Source: Zygnema circumcarinatum SAG 698-1b
Lineage: Eukaryota; Plantae; Zygnematophyceae
Length of the DNA: 64,000 nt
NCBI GenBank assembly: GCA_037447605.1
Contig: CM074808.1
Coordinates: 4,092,001-4,156,000 of the forward strand
Direction: 5' to 3'
The position numbers and the translations under genes are program-made. The first letter of the stretch is position 1. Each line of letters begins with the position of its first letter. Below are positions 62,743-64,000 of the stretch, piece after piece. The notes beneath the pieces were generated by a model, which did no database searches, was not told where the DNA came from, and saw only the letters and a list, made by a program, of their open reading frames with translations.

Positions 62743-64000
62743 CTACAAGCGCGATAGCGCGGCGGCGGCAACGAGCGGCCTCGCCTCGAACAGCGCCAGA
62801 CTGTACGCCTGCAGACCGTACGACTGCAGACCGTACGCCTGCAGACCGTACGCCTGCGCGCCGCCGCCCTCCCCCCTGCAAGCAGAGCACCCAGCCAGAG
62901 AGCTCTGCTTTGTTGTCCCAAAAGTAAAGTACACACAACCACTTTCACGAAGTCTCCCAGCAGTCTCTCTTGTCTGAAGCCGATCGCATGCACCGCTTAT
63001 GAGGTTCTCAGACTCGTCGAACCCTCACTTCCATTTAGGGTTATAGGGTTTTCACGGTACTGTTTGAAGTCTGGCACTTTAATGGAACGCAGACACCATA
63101 GCTGTCACTTCGCAATTTGACCATGGGAGAAACTCTGACGTAGGAAGCCTCTTTCAAGTCAAACCGTGAGATGGCAGCGCAATTCGGAGCCCTGCAATTA
63201 TTCTATTGCTTTGATTCAATCTGAGAGACCAGAAAAGTGCCGAAACAAAAGAGACCAGAATTCTTACCCGTCACCTGTTTGCGAGTCGTCCAGTTCCGAA
63301 GGGAGGCGGACTTCGGGTCCTTCCAGTTGGAAATCCTCCGGAGGAGATAGATTTGTGTCGACGACTCTATGCCTGCCGCCCATTCACCCCTCCTTAACAA
63401 GACGTGCTCAGAAACTTGGTACGGTCACTCCTCAACGTCCACAGCCAAGCCAAGAATTTAAAAAAAGCACAGCGCACATCTCAATGGATGAAGGCAAGGA
63501 TATCGATATCAGAGTTGGGAACAAACAATCCCCAGTATCACACATCCGCAGCGTGACTTTAACACAATAAACAAACCATAAAGAGAGCGCAAAAATGCAG
63601 ATAGTGGTCGAAACGGAAAACGCGCAAAACAAGTCGACGCACGCTGAGGCGAGCGCACCAAGTCATGGCGGGGGGGGGCGGAGGCAGATGCGCAGTGATC
63701 GCATAATGGTGCGAATTGAGGGCCACATAGAGATCCCCCCAAGGACTCTCCTCTTCTCCACTGCCCATTGTCAACGATTTCACTTCTCGAATAGTCACAG
63801 CCAAAAAGTTGCTGTCCACCAAAAGAAACGATGTCAGCAGTGAAAACGACAGATTGCATTCGAGCCCCTCGCCCCAAGTTGCTTCATGTAATGCCCTTAT
63901 CCGCATTCACTTCACAGCAGCAGTCCGTACCTGTCCGCGCTGTCCCACTGCGGTTGGTCGGGGAGGGGCCCGTGCCAGGTCAGCGCCTCCGCCTCCAGGA
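62743..64000 (-). CDS. 3' part of an unidentified multi-exon gene (possible C2-like segment); ends at 63041 or, via a further exon, at 62743
   Basis: Stop-free, phase-2-consistent exons at 64000-63931, 63811-63659, 63372-63268 and 63191-63041 give ..WDSADSNFLAVTIREVKSL..DLYVALNSHHYAITAHLPPPPPAMTW... The C2 resemblance is only my impression. Confidence 0.45.
62798..62857. repeat. Four-copy 15-bp tandem repeat AGACYGTACGMCTGC
   Basis: Units start at 62798, 62813, 62828 and 62843. Confidence 0.85.

Noticed and set aside
63034-63052. TTTAGGG-like motifs here and elsewhere (e.g. near 34215 and 61582)
   Set aside because: Isolated single units, not a telomeric array; at most telo-boxes.

Overview
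Eukaryotic nuclear DNA with dense spliceosomal introns, GC-rich first exons and five 10-N gaps. The genes are plant-like and the embedded plastid psb genes look charophyte-type, so a streptophyte alga is the likely source (inference). I reconstructed 12 nuclear genes exon by exon: DRP2 (3' part), a TCD/ThiF-family enzyme, an F-box/LRR protein, MED21, PAF1/ELF7, a DRIF-like MYB-DUF3755 protein, PHS1, HDA2/HDAC11, APC5, an unrecognised multi-exon protein, an F-box/kelch protein and a partial gene at the right edge. The window also holds a 4.6-kb repeated plastid psbB-psbT-psbN-psbH block and five MITE-like elements: two hAT-type with 8-bp TSDs, two PIF/Harbinger-type in tandem sharing a TCA TSD, and one unclassified. 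Main findings: (1) the PHS1 exon encoding the tubulin-kinase N-lobe is disrupted by a stop, frameshifts and an AT-rich filler, while the rest of the gene is intact; (2) HDA2 has a -1 frameshift; (3) the plastid array has 68-bp terminal redundancy and all its internal junctions fall in gaps, so it is probably a tiny true NUPT inflated by assembly; (4) the MITEs carry dense GTAC arrays and exact ERSE (CCAAT-N9-CCACG)/ABRE motifs next to genes; (5) three GC-AG introns and two very compact head-to-head gene pairs.
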